A stretch of 64,000 bases of DNA, taken from assembly GCA_963718615.1 (NCBI GenBank), contig OY970368.1, positions 5,120,001-5,184,000 on the forward strand. The letters run 5' to 3'. This DNA is from an uncultured cyanobacterium (GTDB taxonomy: Bacteria; Cyanobacteriota; Cyanobacteriia; PCC-9006; JAAUQQ01). The position numbers were made by a program, and so were the translations under genes. Positions 16,856-33,301 of this stretch are shown piece by piece; position 1 is the first letter of the stretch, and every line of letters begins with the position of its first letter. The notes under the pieces are model-generated. The model worked only from the letters and a program-made list of their open reading frames with translations, had not been told where the DNA came from and made no database searches.

Positions 16856-17956
16856 TTACGCAGGCGCAGCGTTGGCGTCGTAGCGCAGCAGAATCCCGTT
16901 CTGGCCCAGCACAAAGCCCTTATTCGGCGAAGAGAAGAGGACCCGGTAGAGATTAGAAGGCAGATTTTCCACATCCCGGTCCTTGGTCCAGCTTAAGCCG
17001 CCATCTTCACTGACCAAAAGATTGCCGCTGCCGCCGGTCACCCAGATTTCGTTGGGGGTGCGGTAGGTCAGGTCCAGTAGACCCCAGCCAGTACCAGGCT
17101 CAGGGCTAATGCCGTCATCCCAGGATTCTGTATCAATCGAGTCTTGGGTGAACTGAATTGCGCCCCCTTTGGCGAGGAGCCATAGCTTGCCATCCGGCCC
17201 AAAGCCCATATTTTGCAGACGACGGGAGGACGTGCGCTGGTGAGGCACCCAGACATCTTGACCGGGCTCCCAGGTGGAATAGAAATTACCGCGAGCGGAG
17301 ACTGACACGTAGCGACCATCTTCAGCGCGGGACAAATTACGGACAACACCCGCCGCATCTTGGACCAGGGCCTGCCAGTTGCGGCCATCGTCTTGAGTTT
17401 GATAAATGGCCGCCACATCCGTTGCCATTTCAGCGGCATGGGGAGCCAGGGCTGTGACGAGGAGTGGAGCACCGGGCAGTTTTTCGCTCAGGGGAATGCG
17501 TTGCCAGGAGGTTCCGGCATCTTCCGTGTGGAGCATGACTGAAGGCTGACCGACAATCCAGCCCTCATCCCCCGCAAAGCTGACGGAGGAGAAGCGATAG
17601 TGGGTTTCTTCCGGGAGATCGATCGCTCGTGTTTCCCAGGTCCGACCGCCATCGAAGGTTTCGAGCAGGGTCTCGTTGGTGCCTACCATCCAGCCGTGGT
17701 TGGCATCGGAGGTGAAGGCCAGGTCTAGGACGGTCTGGTCCGTGGGGAGGACAATTTGCTCCCAGGGGTTGTAGGGCAGGCTGGCGAGGAAGGCGCTGTT
17801 GCAGCTTGTGCAGAGGAGGGCGATCGCCACCCAAATCAAACTCGTACGGGCCAAACTCGTACGGGCCAAACTCGTACGGGCCAAACTCGTACGGGCCAAA
17901 CTTACACGCAGCCAGCTCACCAGCGAACGAAAGGGACGAAAATCTAGACTCACCAT
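16856..17956 (-). CDS. ycf48: PSII assembly factor Ycf48/HCF136
   Basis: BNR-like repeats (T.DGG.TW), [23 protein letters not shown]; between rubA and psbE; N-terminal 15-bp repeat (SLART)x4. Confidence 0.95.
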   Translation of the reverse strand: MVSLDFRPFRSLVSWLRVSLARTSLARTSLARTSLARTSLIWVAIALLCTSCNSAFLASLPYNPWEQIVLPTDQTVLDLAFTSDANHGWMVGTNETLLETFDGGRTWETRAIDLPEETHYRFSSVSFAGDEGWIVGQPSVMLHTEDAGTSWQRIPLSEKLPGAPLLVTALAPHAAEMATDVAAIYQTQDDGRNWQALVQDAAGVVRNLSRAEDGRYVSVSARGNFYSTWEPGQDVWVPHQRTSSRRLQNMGFGPDGKLWLLAKGGAIQFTQDSIDTESWDDGISPEPGTGWGLLDLTYRTPNEIWVTGGSGNLLVSEDGGLSWTKDRDVENLPSNLYRVLFSSPNKGFVLGQNGILLRYDANAAPA

Positions 17957-17962
17957 AGGATC

Positions 17963-18352
17963 TCAGCTCAACCCATAAAGGCTCATAAAAAACAGAAATG
18001 CTAGGGCCAATGCCCCGAAAATCAGAATATTCTTCTGTCCCGGCGTCAACGTATTGACCCCAAGACCGTACCCAAGATTTTCTTCAAATCCTGAGGCTTT
18101 ACCTTTTGGTCCAATATTAGAAAACTGCACCTTCGGCGCATTACAAACCGGACAGCGCCAGCTCGAATCAAGCTCTACGAAAGACGTATTAGCAGGCACT
18201 TGCCGACGGCTGTCTCCCTTGAGGGGCTCATAGACATAGCCGCAGGAGCGACATTCGTAACGATCTTCATGGGTTTCGCGAAGAGCAGATTGCTCAGGCA
18301 CCGGGCTCTCGGCGGAACCGCTCTGGGGAGGTTCGCTCGGGGAGGTACTCAT
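17963..18352 (-). CDS. rubA: Membrane-anchored rubredoxin
   Basis: YECRSCGYVY...WRCPVC and C-terminal TM helix. Confidence 0.95.
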   Translation of the reverse strand: MSTSPSEPPQSGSAESPVPEQSALRETHEDRYECRSCGYVYEPLKGDSRRQVPANTSFVELDSSWRCPVCNAPKVQFSNIGPKGKASGFEENLGYGLGVNTLTPGQKNILIFGALALAFLFFMSLYGLS

Positions 18353-18581
18353 TGCAGTAGCCAGAAAATAGGAAATCTTAATAACTTAATAAACTGTAAC
18401 AGATCGCGGGAGTCAAATCGGACCAAGCCCAGGAGAAAGACCGCTAGCAGACCAGAAATCCTCATCCTTAATCCCAATCATTGGAAAAGATCATTGAAAA
18501 AACTCTGTTCAGAAGCGCCCGCTGTCACAAACCTTGATGGCACAATGTAAACGGCTAGCAATTGTAGAAGGACCATCCATT

Positions 18582-18944
18582 GTGTTTGTTCTGAACGGAT
18601 ATGAGTATCTGCTGGGATTTTTGCTGGCAAGCAGCTTAGTCCCAATCTTGGCCCTGACGGCTTCGCGGTTGGTGCGACCGGCCCAGCGAGGACCGGAGCG
18701 CCGCACTACCTATGAGTCGGGGATGGAACCCATCGGGGGAGCCTGGATTCAGTTCAACATTCGCTACTACATGTTTGCGCTGGTCTTTGTGATCTTTGAT
18801 GTAGAGACGGTCTTTTTATACCCTTGGGCCGTGGCCTTTAGCCGATTAGGGCTTTTAGCGTTCATTGAGGCGCTGATTTTTATCACTATCTTGGTGATTG
18901 GTCTTGCTTACGCGTGGAGAAAAGGAGCCCTGGAATGGTCATGA
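18582..18944 (+). CDS. ndhC: NDH-1 subunit C
   Basis: [41 protein letters not shown]. Confidence 0.96.
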   Translation: MFVLNGYEYLLGFLLASSLVPILALTASRLVRPAQRGPERRTTYESGMEPIGGAWIQFNIRYYMFALVFVIFDVETVFLYPWAVAFSRLGLLAFIEALIFITILVIGLAYAWRKGALEWS

Positions 18945-19693
18945 AGCAAATCCTCAACGTCGGTGATGCGGAATACGAGCAGTGGCAGCGCGATCGCATC
19001 CTCAATCCCGTTCAACAGCCTGCCATTACCCAGGAGCTGTCTGAAAATGTCATTTTGACCTCCTTAGACGATTTACATAACTGGGCGCGGCTGTCGAGCC
19101 TCTGGCCGCTGCTGTATGGCACAGCCTGCTGTTTTATTGAGTTTGCGGCGCTTCTGGGATCCCGGTTTGATTTTGACCGCTTTGGCCTGGTGCCCCGGTC
19201 GAGTCCCCGCCAAGCGGATCTGCTCATTGTGGCGGGAACGGTGACGATGAAGATGGCTCCGGCGGTGGTTCGTCTGTATGAGCAAATGCCGGAACCCAAG
19301 TATGTGATGGCCATGGGGGCTTGCACGATTACGGGGGGAATGTTTAGCGCGGACTCGCCGACGACGGTGCGGGGGGTTGATAAGCTGATTCCGGTGGATC
19401 TGTATATTCCTGGCTGCCCGCCTCGGCCTGAGGCGATTTTTGATGCGGTGATTAAGCTGCGGAAAAAGGTAGCGAATGAGTCGTTGCAGGAGCGCGATCG
19501 CCTTCGTCAAACCAACCGCTACTACAGCACCACCCACCAAATGAAGCCGGTACCGCCGATTTTGGATGGCAACTATCTCAACACGGGCAAGCGCGAAGCC
19601 CCACCGAAACAGTTGGCAGAGGCGATCGGCATGCCGATTCCTCCGGCCCTGAAAGCATCTCAGACCCAGAAGGAGCAGGTAGACCGTGGCTGA
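18935..19693 (+). CDS. ndhK: NDH-1 subunit K
   Basis: [26 protein letters not shown]. Confidence 0.96.
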   Translation: MVMKQILNVGDAEYEQWQRDRILNPVQQPAITQELSENVILTSLDDLHNWARLSSLWPLLYGTACCFIEFAALLGSRFDFDRFGLVPRSSPRQADLLIVAGTVTMKMAPAVVRLYEQMPEPKYVMAMGACTITGGMFSADSPTTVRGVDKLIPVDLYIPGCPPRPEAIFDAVIKLRKKVANESLQERDRLRQTNRYYSTTHQMKPVPPILDGNYLNTGKREAPPKQLAEAIGMPIPPALKASQTQKEQVDRG

Positions 19694-20201
19694 AGAGAAT
19701 CAAAGTTCTGAAACGGCAATTGTTGAAGCGGGCAAGACATCCCAGTGGCTGACGAGCAATGGCTTTGATCATGAGACCCTCGCTCCCGATCACTTGGGCG
19801 TTGAGCTGATTAAAGTGGAGCCGGAGTTTTTGGTTCCCCTCTGTACGGCGCTCTATGCCTATGGCTATAACTATCTGCAATGCCAGGGTGCCTATGACGA
19901 AGGTCCGGGCCAATCGTTGGTGAGTTTCTATCACCTGATTAAGGTGAAAAGCGATGCGGATCGGCCTGAGGAGGTGCGGGTGAAGGTGTTTTTGCCTCGC
20001 GAAAATCCTAAGGTTCCTTCGGTCTATTGGATCTGGAAAGGTGCGGACTGGCAGGAGCGGGAATGCTATGACATGTATGGGATTGAGTATGAAGGTCACC
20101 CGAATCTAAAGCGCATTTTGATGCCGGAGGATTGGGTGGGTTGGCCGTTGCGGAAGGACTATATTTCGCCGGATTTCTACGAATTGCAGGATGCGTTTTA
20201 G
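19686..20201 (+). CDS. ndhJ: NDH-1 subunit J
   Basis: [31 protein letters not shown]. Confidence 0.96.
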   Translation: MAEENQSSETAIVEAGKTSQWLTSNGFDHETLAPDHLGVELIKVEPEFLVPLCTALYAYGYNYLQCQGAYDEGPGQSLVSFYHLIKVKSDADRPEEVRVKVFLPRENPKVPSVYWIWKGADWQERECYDMYGIEYEGHPNLKRILMPEDWVGWPLRKDYISPDFYELQDAF

Positions 20202-20259
20202 GGTTCTCGAATTCGTTCCCCACGACTGCTGGTTCCCAAATTTCAGAGATTTGATCTGC

Positions 20260-20292
20260 CCCTTTGAGCGCAACGCTCAAAGGGGTTTGTTT
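20260..20292 (+). terminator. Probable terminator after ndhJ
   Basis: CCCTTTGAGCG-CAA-CGCTCAAAGGG hairpin then T-rich. Confidence 0.65.
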
Positions 20293-20383
20293 TGGGTTAA
20301 TAGATCCAGGGGGTTCAGCTTGAATTTCAATCGTCTTAAAACAATTGAGGAACCATCGGAAATTTTCTAGAGTCTAGTTGTAG

Positions 20384-22155
<1,772 letters not shown>

Positions 22156-23766
22156 TCACGGTGGGGAATTCGAGTTTGGTGAGCAACTGAAAATGGAGTC
22201 TGAGCCTTGAGAGGGTGAGGGTTTTGGCCTCAATCTCTGGGAAGAGGTAGTCAGCGACCGCCGCTTCCTTGTTTTGGGTCGCCGCAATATAGAGGGCTTC
22301 GACCATGAGCACGGCGGCAGAATCAAGCTCAAAGCCAGCCTGGAGCTGTTTCCAGAGTTGGTGATAGCGCTCATTGGGCAGGAGGTCCTCTCGCCAGGTG
22401 CTGTGGAGGAAGGCCAAGGGCTTTTTGCGCAACCCTTCGATGACATGGTGATAGTCCACCGAGCGGGCGCGCCGCTTGTCCTTGTCAGTAGAACGAATCC
22501 GTTTCAACCTGAACACTTCATGGCCTTCGAGGTAGCCCATCAGGCGGTTGTGGTGCAGATGCACTTCCAGGGACCGGCCAATTAAGCGAGACGGCACGCT
22601 GTAGAGCATGCAGCGGATATCAATCGTGCTGTTGCTGCTCACCTTGGCGGTGAGGAGTTCGTAGTCCGCAGCCCGGTATTTGGGCAACGCCTGGAGATGC
22701 GCTTTCTCATGCTCATACTTATCCTGATGCTGGGCATTGAGCTTGGCCACACAGTCATTGAGCAGGTCTTGATAGTCGCTGACGCTAGCGAAGTCGGTGC
22801 TGCCGCGCAGGTACATCGCTTGGACAATGCGGTTCTTCAGATGACCGTGGGGGCCTTCAATAGAACCGTTCTCGTGGGCGATTCCCCGGTTGTTTCGCGT
22901 CGGTTGCAACCGATAGTGCTCACACAGGTCGTCATACAAGCGCGTCAGCGGTTTGGTCTTCTTCCCACCCAGATTTCGATAGGCCGCACTCAGGCTATCG
23001 GTGCGATGCTGCTTTGGAGCCCCGCCGCAGGCAAACAGGGCATTCTGCAATCCTTCGGATAGGGCGACAAAGCTTTCACCCCCCTCGATTAACTCCGCGT
23101 AGGACCAGCCGCTGTAGCCCAAGCGGTAGTGATAAATCAAGTGCTCATAGGGCTTTCCATTTATCGTCACCACCGTCCCTTTGAGTTCGGTGAAGTCGGA
23201 AAATCCTTGCACCCCCGGCTCGTGACGCAGCTCAAACATCACCTCGGGAGCTGGACCATACAGTGCTTTCCAGGTTCTCACTCGCCGCTGAAGCGTCCTG
23301 AGCACTTGCGGATATTGACCCGGATATTTGTCCTGCAAATGCTCAAATAACGTCGTCGGTTTCAGTCTTGGCTCAGCTCGCAGCATCGCCTCTAGTTCGG
23401 CTTCCCAAAGACCGTTGAGTGGATCTGGCCGGGTCCGCACCCCGGTGCCCTCTCCACTCCCCTGCTGCCACTCGTTGGCATCCATTCGTTGCGCGGTTCG
23501 CACCGAAAATTCCGCCACCGCTGCCGCATCTTGCTGCGACAGGCCATGCTCCTTTGCATTCATGTACACTCGCTGTTGATACATTATTACTCTCGACACT
23601 CGTTAGAGTCCTTTCTTTCCAGGGGGACCCTATGAGTGTCTTTTTTTGTCGATCGCCACGCCAGTGAGCTGTCAAAGTCTCACGTCTGTCTCACGATCCA
23701 AGCCACGCTTTCGCGACAACTCCCGCCAGGAAATGTCGAGCAGCCGCCAATGCTATTGTCGTCTAA

Positions 23767-27587
<3,821 letters not shown>

Positions 27588-27690
27588 CGGGGGGCATTGG
27601 CGGCAGTGGGGGTGGGCTAAAATTGAGCCATACCCTCAACCCATTTGTGCCTCAGGGTCACCAAATTCACCGTTTGCGCCATCACCCACC

Positions 27691-27954
27691 ATGCAAACCA
27701 CCCAAGACAAAATCCAACAACGTTTGCGCCTCCTGCCCGACACCATGCTGGAGGAGGTGCTGCTGTTTGTTGACTTCCTGCTCAGTCGCCTGAAAATCTC
27801 CACGGCTCCTGCCGAAAAGCCCGAAGCCAACTTCGCCCAGGCCCTCAGCCAATTCCGCGATCAAGTCGAAGCCGAAGGCAGCGATATTGAAGAAATTGAC
27901 TTCTTTGCGGATGTTCGCGATCGCACCCCCGCCCCCGAAGCTGCCAAGTGGTAA
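27691..27954 (+). CDS. Small DUF2281-like (antitoxin-like) protein
   Basis: IQQRLRLLPDTMLEEVLLFVDFL. Confidence 0.6.
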   Translation: MQTTQDKIQQRLRLLPDTMLEEVLLFVDFLLSRLKISTAPAEKPEANFAQALSQFRDQVEAEGSDIEEIDFFADVRDRTPAPEAAKW

Positions 27955-28021
27955 ATCAACAACTGGTTTGGTTAAACTATGCTGCATTGGACGTTCGGCG
28001 GAACGTCCCTACAAGAAATGG

Positions 28022-28327
28022 TTATTGAGGCGACAGCGCAACGACCTCTTGCTTGAGGCGATCGCCCATCTCATCCTCCGCCACATCCAGGTCATAATCC
28101 ATCTGCAACCCCAACCAAAACTGAGGTGACATATTAAAATACAGCGCCAACCGCAGCGCCGTATCCGCCGTCACCCTCCGCTTACCCTGAACAATTTCAT
28201 TAATGCGCCTAGCCGGAACTCGAATTGCCAGGGCAACTTGATTCTGGCTGAGATTCATAGGCTTGAGAAACTCCTCCAGAAGAACCTCACCAGGATGAAT
28301 CGGGTCTAGCTTCGCTTCAGTCATCAC
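28022..28327 (-). CDS. higA: HigA antitoxin
   Basis: PIHPGEVLLEEFL, RINEIVQGKR.VTADTALRL, FWLGLQ. Confidence 0.92.
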   Translation of the reverse strand: MMTEAKLDPIHPGEVLLEEFLKPMNLSQNQVALAIRVPARRINEIVQGKRRVTADTALRLALYFNMSPQFWLGLQMDYDLDVAEDEMGDRLKQEVVALSPQ

Positions 28328-28332
28328 CCACC

Positions 28333-28614
28333 TCAGTGATAATCAACAATCTCGACATCAAAGGCTTCGCCAGCCTCCCACCGAAAACAGATACGCCACT
28401 GGTCATTGATCCGAATACTGTGCTGGCCCTCGCGATTACCCACTAATTTTTCCAAGCGATTTGCAGGAGGCACCCGAAGATCTTGCAGCGTCTGAGCTCG
28501 GTTAAGCATTCGCAGCTTCCGCAGGGCAACTTGCTGAATATCTTGGGGGAGCTTGCGCGATCGCTGCCGCCGAAAAATCTTCTCAGCTTCCTTACCCTTA
28601 AAGCTACGAATCAC
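28333..28614 (-). CDS. higB: HigB (RelE-like) toxin
   Basis: MIRSFK, PPANRLEKL, SIRINDQWRICF, VEIVDYH. Confidence 0.92.
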   Translation of the reverse strand: MIRSFKGKEAEKIFRRQRSRKLPQDIQQVALRKLRMLNRAQTLQDLRVPPANRLEKLVGNREGQHSIRINDQWRICFRWEAGEAFDVEIVDYH

Positions 28615-28828
28615 ATGTACACGTCAAAAAATTGGTCTTGATTACATCTCTAAAGTATGACGCAACTCGTTAAACGTCAAAGATCGCGGTATCGCCCAGC
28701 AGCATGGTTGGGTCTTGGTTTCTCGCGATCGCCACTTTCAAGAAATCGAAAATCTCACCGCTGAGACTTGGTAATTAGCAAGATGCATCAGACGTTCCGC
28801 CGAACCTCCTGATCAACTAACTGATCAA

Positions 28829-29323
28829 CTAATCGTCCGTCGGCAAAAAGCCAGACCTCAACACCTGCTCCGCACCATAGGGAGAGGCCTCAGGAAAGAC
28901 CGATTCTTGTAAACCCGTTTCTGCGATCGCCTGCTCCACCGCCGCCTGATAACAATCCCCAAAAACCGCTTCAACATAAGGCTTGAGACTCGGAGAGTCC
29001 TGAAGAGACCGCAAGAGGCGACGACGATGCTCCACAATACTGCCCTGCCAACTCCCGCTGCGCCGCTCTGGTTGAAACTGCCACTTCAGCAAATGGAGCA
29101 ACAGCACAATCAAATTGCTCTCTAGGCTACGGCGCTCCCGCTTGCCCATCTCCTCGATTTCCTCAATCAGATTTTCCCAATCCACCGCCCCGTAGTTGCG
29201 ATCGCGCAGGTGCTCCACCATCACCCCAATCCAAGCAACATAATCAGCCTCATAGGTCGGTGAGGATTCACCTTGGAGATTAGAGGCCAAATTGTTGACT
29301 ATACGACTGAACTCTATCGCCAT
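28829..29323 (-). CDS. DUF29 family protein
   Basis: YEADYVAW, DWENLIEEIEEMG, LLHLLKWQFQP, SPSLK. Confidence 0.88.
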   Translation of the reverse strand: MAIEFSRIVNNLASNLQGESSPTYEADYVAWIGVMVEHLRDRNYGAVDWENLIEEIEEMGKRERRSLESNLIVLLLHLLKWQFQPERRSGSWQGSIVEHRRRLLRSLQDSPSLKPYVEAVFGDCYQAAVEQAIAETGLQESVFPEASPYGAEQVLRSGFLPTDD

Positions 29324-29436
29324 GGGGAGGAGTTTTACCTTTGCGATCGCCTCTCTTTATCCTAGCGCCGTTCTGCTAGAAGATTCACGAAATTGACAGG
29401 GTCAGGTTAATCAGGATCAGGTTAATTAGGATCAGG

Positions 29437-30309
29437 TTAATTTTGGTAAATTACCCGCGCATCTAACCTTTGCTGGCGCAGATAGCTTTCCCAACGGTCT
29501 GCGATCGCCCGATTCGGATGCACCCCCGCCTGAATATAGGGACCGCGAGAGTCACGGGCCTGAAAGGCGTCTGGCACATAGCGCCGCACTTGGTTGAGCA
29601 ACTCCCAGCCCTCGCCAGGAATCGCGATCACGTATCGGGACACCGTCGGCGTCTCAACGGGATTGGGGGGAAGAGGTCTGGGCTGGGGCTCATAGACAAT
29701 GCAGGTCCGCACACCCAGCGAACTCGCCGGAACGCGCCCTAGGGGATCGGTCAGGGGAACCGAACGGCTGCGACCTCGACAGACCTGGTTAAAGGCGGTG
29801 TTAACCTGGTTTAAGGTTGTGCGGCTGGCTTGGCGATCGCTCGGATACTGATAGTCCCGCTGAAACCCGAGCAACGCCTGGGCAGTCGCCTGTCCCGCAA
29901 TGCCATCAATGCCACCGGGATCATAGCCCAAGGCCACCAACCGAGCTTGTAAGGCTTGGACTTCGCTGAAGGACAATCGGGTCGGATCCGTTTCCCCGCC
30001 CGCGCCGCAGAGGTTCAGGAGCGTCAAGGTCTGAGGCCCCGCCACCCCATCTTGCCACAGTCCTTCAACGGCTTGAAAGCGCGAGACCGCTTGCAGCGTC
30101 GGTTGACCGTAGTACCCCGTCACTAAATGGGCATCTAAATAGCCTAGATTGGCCAGTTGTCGTTGCAAAGTGGTGACACCAACGCCCTGTGAGCCCAATT
30201 TGAACAAAGGGCATGAGGTTTGGGCTTGGGCGGGTGGAGAGAAAAGAACGGGCGGGAGGGCGATCGCGCCCCCCACAGCGAGGGCAGTTAAAACGGAGAG
30301 CACCTTCAT
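29437..30309 (-). CDS. Exported peptidoglycan-binding domain protein
   Basis: Signal peptide; two PG_binding_1 repeats (LQ..L..LGY..G..G..T..A...FQ); SPOR-like C-terminus. Confidence 0.8.
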   Translation of the reverse strand: MKVLSVLTALAVGGAIALPPVLFSPPAQAQTSCPLFKLGSQGVGVTTLQRQLANLGYLDAHLVTGYYGQPTLQAVSRFQAVEGLWQDGVAGPQTLTLLNLCGAGGETDPTRLSFSEVQALQARLVALGYDPGGIDGIAGQATAQALLGFQRDYQYPSDRQASRTTLNQVNTAFNQVCRGRSRSVPLTDPLGRVPASSLGVRTCIVYEPQPRPLPPNPVETPTVSRYVIAIPGEGWELLNQVRRYVPDAFQARDSRGPYIQAGVHPNRAIADRWESYLRQQRLDARVIYQN

Positions 30310-30519
30310 AAAAACTCCAAGGGTTGCAGGGCCTGACCCATAGATATTCGGTTGAGTGGATGCAAGTTATGCAACTCATCCGGTGTCGTTCGGCCATTGT
30401 TTTAACTTGAGTCTAGGAAAACGCTTGGCGATCGCCTATTACCCCTTGAGGTACTTTTTAGCAGGAGCTAGTTCGAGCCCTATTTTGAGCCTGAGCTCAG
30501 CATCAGCACTTCAAGCCCC

Positions 30520-31278
30520 TTAAACCGCTAGGAATTCTTGAATCACCGCTTGGCTGAGTTCGCTCGTCGGTCCAGCGGCAACGATACCACCCTTTTGCAT
30601 GGCGTAATACCAGTCAGCCTGACGGACAAAGTGCAGGTGTTGTTCTACCAGCAAGACCGAGATGCCGGTGGCTTCGATAATGCGGCGAACGGCGGCTTCA
30701 ATTTCAAGAATAATCGAGGGTTGAATGCCTTCGGTAGGTTCGTCGAGCACTAGTAACTTGGGACGGCTGAGGATGGCGCGGGCGATCGCCAACTGCTGCT
30801 GTTGTCCCCCACTCAGATCTCCCCCCATGCGATCGAGCATCGACTTCAGCACCGGAAACAGATCAAACACTTCTTCCATCACGACCTGTTTGCGCTGCGC
30901 TGCGGAGAGGGATTCAAAACCCAGTAAGAGATTTTCCTTGACCGTCAGGCGAGGGATAATTTCCCGACCTTGGGGCACATAGCCAATTCCCAGATGGGCG
31001 CGGCGATCGGGGGTGAGGCGCGTAACCGATTGTCCTTCTAAAATCACATCCCCACTGCGGGGTTTGAGCAATCCCATAACGGTTTTGAGCAACGTGGTTT
31101 TGCCGACCCCATTGCGACCAATCAGGCAAACCATTTTGCCCCGCGCCACGCTCATATCAACGTTACGCAAAATATGACTTTCACCGTAATAGACGTTGAG
31201 GCTCTGGACATCCAGCATGGGCTGGTTAGCCGGATCTAGGGTTGCCGCTGCCATTGTCCCTTCCACTGCATTAGTCAT
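30520..31278 (-). CDS. urtE: Urea ABC transporter ATPase
   Basis: GRNGVGKT, LSGGQQQQ, DEPTEGIQP. Confidence 0.93.
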   Translation of the reverse strand: MTNAVEGTMAAATLDPANQPMLDVQSLNVYYGESHILRNVDMSVARGKMVCLIGRNGVGKTTLLKTVMGLLKPRSGDVILEGQSVTRLTPDRRAHLGIGYVPQGREIIPRLTVKENLLLGFESLSAAQRKQVVMEEVFDLFPVLKSMLDRMGGDLSGGQQQQLAIARAILSRPKLLVLDEPTEGIQPSIILEIEAAVRRIIEATGISVLLVEQHLHFVRQADWYYAMQKGGIVAAGPTSELSQAVIQEFLAV

Positions 31279-31280
31279 GG

Positions 31281-32033
31281 TTAAGCCGCCTCTTCCGGTT
31301 GTCCTAAATACACTTCAATCACCCGAGGATCGTTTTGCACTTGGTCCATCGTGCCTTCGCAAAGCACAGAGCCCTCGTGCAGCACGGTAACCTGTCGCGC
31401 AATTTGTCGCACAAATTCCATGTCATGTTCAATCACAATGATCGAATGACTTTCTGCCAAGGAAATGAGCAGTTGTCCCGTCCGTTCGGTTTCCTCATCC
31501 GTCATGCCCGCGACCGGCTCATCCACAAGGAGCAAGTCTGGAGCCTGAGCCACCAACATGCCAATTTCGAGCCACTGCTTTTCGCCATGGGAAAGCACAC
31601 TGGCAGGGGTATTGCCCTTGGGCGCTAAACCGATAATCGTTAGCAAGCGCTCCAGTTCTTCTCGATCCTGGCGCGAGAGCTTGCCAAAGAGCGTTGGCCA
31701 GAGATTCTTGCTGCGGTTAAAGGCCAGTTCTAGGTTTTCGCGGGGGGTCAAATTGAGATAGACCCGAGGGGTTTGAAACTTGCGCCCAACCCCAAAGCGG
31801 GCAATCTTATGTTCAGGCATCTTGCGTAGATTGCGGCCCTTGAACAAGGCACGACCCTGGGTCGGTTGCACCTTACCCGTAATGACATCTAAAAATGTCG
31901 TTTTACCGGCTCCATTGGGTCCAATAATCACCCGCAATTCACCATAATCCATGGAGAACGTGAGATTATTGAGGGCCTTAAAGCCATCGAAGCTGACGGT
32001 GACTTGGTCGATTTCGAGAATGGGTTGAGCCAT
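31281..32033 (-). CDS. urtD: Urea ABC transporter ATPase
   Basis: GPNGAGKT, GRKFQTP, LSHGEKQW. Confidence 0.93.
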   Translation of the reverse strand: MAQPILEIDQVTVSFDGFKALNNLTFSMDYGELRVIIGPNGAGKTTFLDVITGKVQPTQGRALFKGRNLRKMPEHKIARFGVGRKFQTPRVYLNLTPRENLELAFNRSKNLWPTLFGKLSRQDREELERLLTIIGLAPKGNTPASVLSHGEKQWLEIGMLVAQAPDLLLVDEPVAGMTDEETERTGQLLISLAESHSIIVIEHDMEFVRQIARQVTVLHEGSVLCEGTMDQVQNDPRVIEVYLGQPEEAA

Positions 32034-32092
32034 GGTCCTGGATGACTGGTCCTTGATGACTGGTCCTTGATGAATAGTCATTAGATTAATGA

Positions 32093-33247
32093 TTATTGAT
32101 TAATCGTTTCCCGTTCCTGCTGAATCGCTTCATCGAGCTCCACCGCAGGGTAAGTGCGAAGCTTCGGCGGAAAGCCCAGAAAGGCTCGGGCTCGGTTGAT
32201 GCCATCGTTGCGGAACCAGCCAATCACACCATCGGGTAAAACCGTTACGACAATCAAAAACAAGGCCCCTTGGAAAAAAGGCCACACATCTGGAAAGCGT
32301 TCACTAAGTAACACCCTGGCCCAGTTAACAATTACTGCTCCCAGGATTGCGCCCACCAGCGTCGCGCGACCGCCGACCGCGACCCAAATGACCATTTCAA
32401 TGGAAAAGGCAATGTCCATGTATTGAGGCGAGACAATGCCCGACTGGACCGTGTAGAGGGCTCCGGCAATTCCGGCGATCGCCCCCGAAACCCCAAACAC
32501 CAACACCTTAAAACTCGTGGGATCATAACCGGAAAACCGCATCCGGCTTTCGTCATCGCGAATCGCAATCAGCAATCGCCCAAACCGACCGCTGGTCAGC
32601 CAGCGGCAAAAGGCATAGACCAAAACCAGTAAAACAATCGTCAGGATGTACAACCGAAACTGCACCGGAGCACTTCCGACTAACCCCCCAAATAAATTTG
32701 CCGAGGCCGTTTTCAAACCATTGGTGCCATTAATCAGCTTCTGCTGGCCATTGAAAAAGTTGAAAAAGACCACCAGCGCCGCCTGGGTCAAAATCGAAAA
32801 ATAGACCCCCCGAATGCGGTTCCGAAACACCATATAGCCCAGGAGTCCCGCAATTATTCCCGGAATGACCACAAGGGCCAACAGCGTAAACGGCATCGAG
32901 TTAAACGGTTGCCAAAACCAGGGGAGTTTTGAGACGCCATAAAGCCCAAAAAACTCAGGAATCTGGCCCTCGGGCAATTGCAAATTCAAATGCATGGCGA
33001 GGGCATAGCCCCCGAGGGTGAAGAAAATGCCGTGGCCCAAACTCAATAACCCCGTATAGCCCCAGACCAGATCGATCCCCAGGGCAACGATCGCCAAGGA
33101 CAAAAACCGGCCCAAAATTTGCAGCCGATCCGGGGCCAGCAGCAGCGGCATAATCAGGATGAAGAAGAGGGCGATCGCCCCCACTATCCCCGCTTCCTTG
33201 AGCAGTCGCTGACGCGAACTCCCCTTTTTGACAGTTACAGCTTCCAT
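32093..33247 (-). CDS. urtC: Urea ABC transporter permease
   Basis: LVWGYTGLLSLGHG, GVYFSILTQA, WVAVGGR. Confidence 0.93.
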   Translation of the reverse strand: MEAVTVKKGSSRQRLLKEAGIVGAIALFFILIMPLLLAPDRLQILGRFLSLAIVALGIDLVWGYTGLLSLGHGIFFTLGGYALAMHLNLQLPEGQIPEFFGLYGVSKLPWFWQPFNSMPFTLLALVVIPGIIAGLLGYMVFRNRIRGVYFSILTQAALVVFFNFFNGQQKLINGTNGLKTASANLFGGLVGSAPVQFRLYILTIVLLVLVYAFCRWLTSGRFGRLLIAIRDDESRMRFSGYDPTSFKVLVFGVSGAIAGIAGALYTVQSGIVSPQYMDIAFSIEMVIWVAVGGRATLVGAILGAVIVNWARVLLSERFPDVWPFFQGALFLIVVTVLPDGVIGWFRNDGINRARAFLGFPPKLRTYPAVELDEAIQQERETINQ

Positions 33248-33301
33248 ATCGATTTCGATCCGCTCAACGCATTGAGAATATGCAAGGTTTTTGGGCTTTC
33301 C

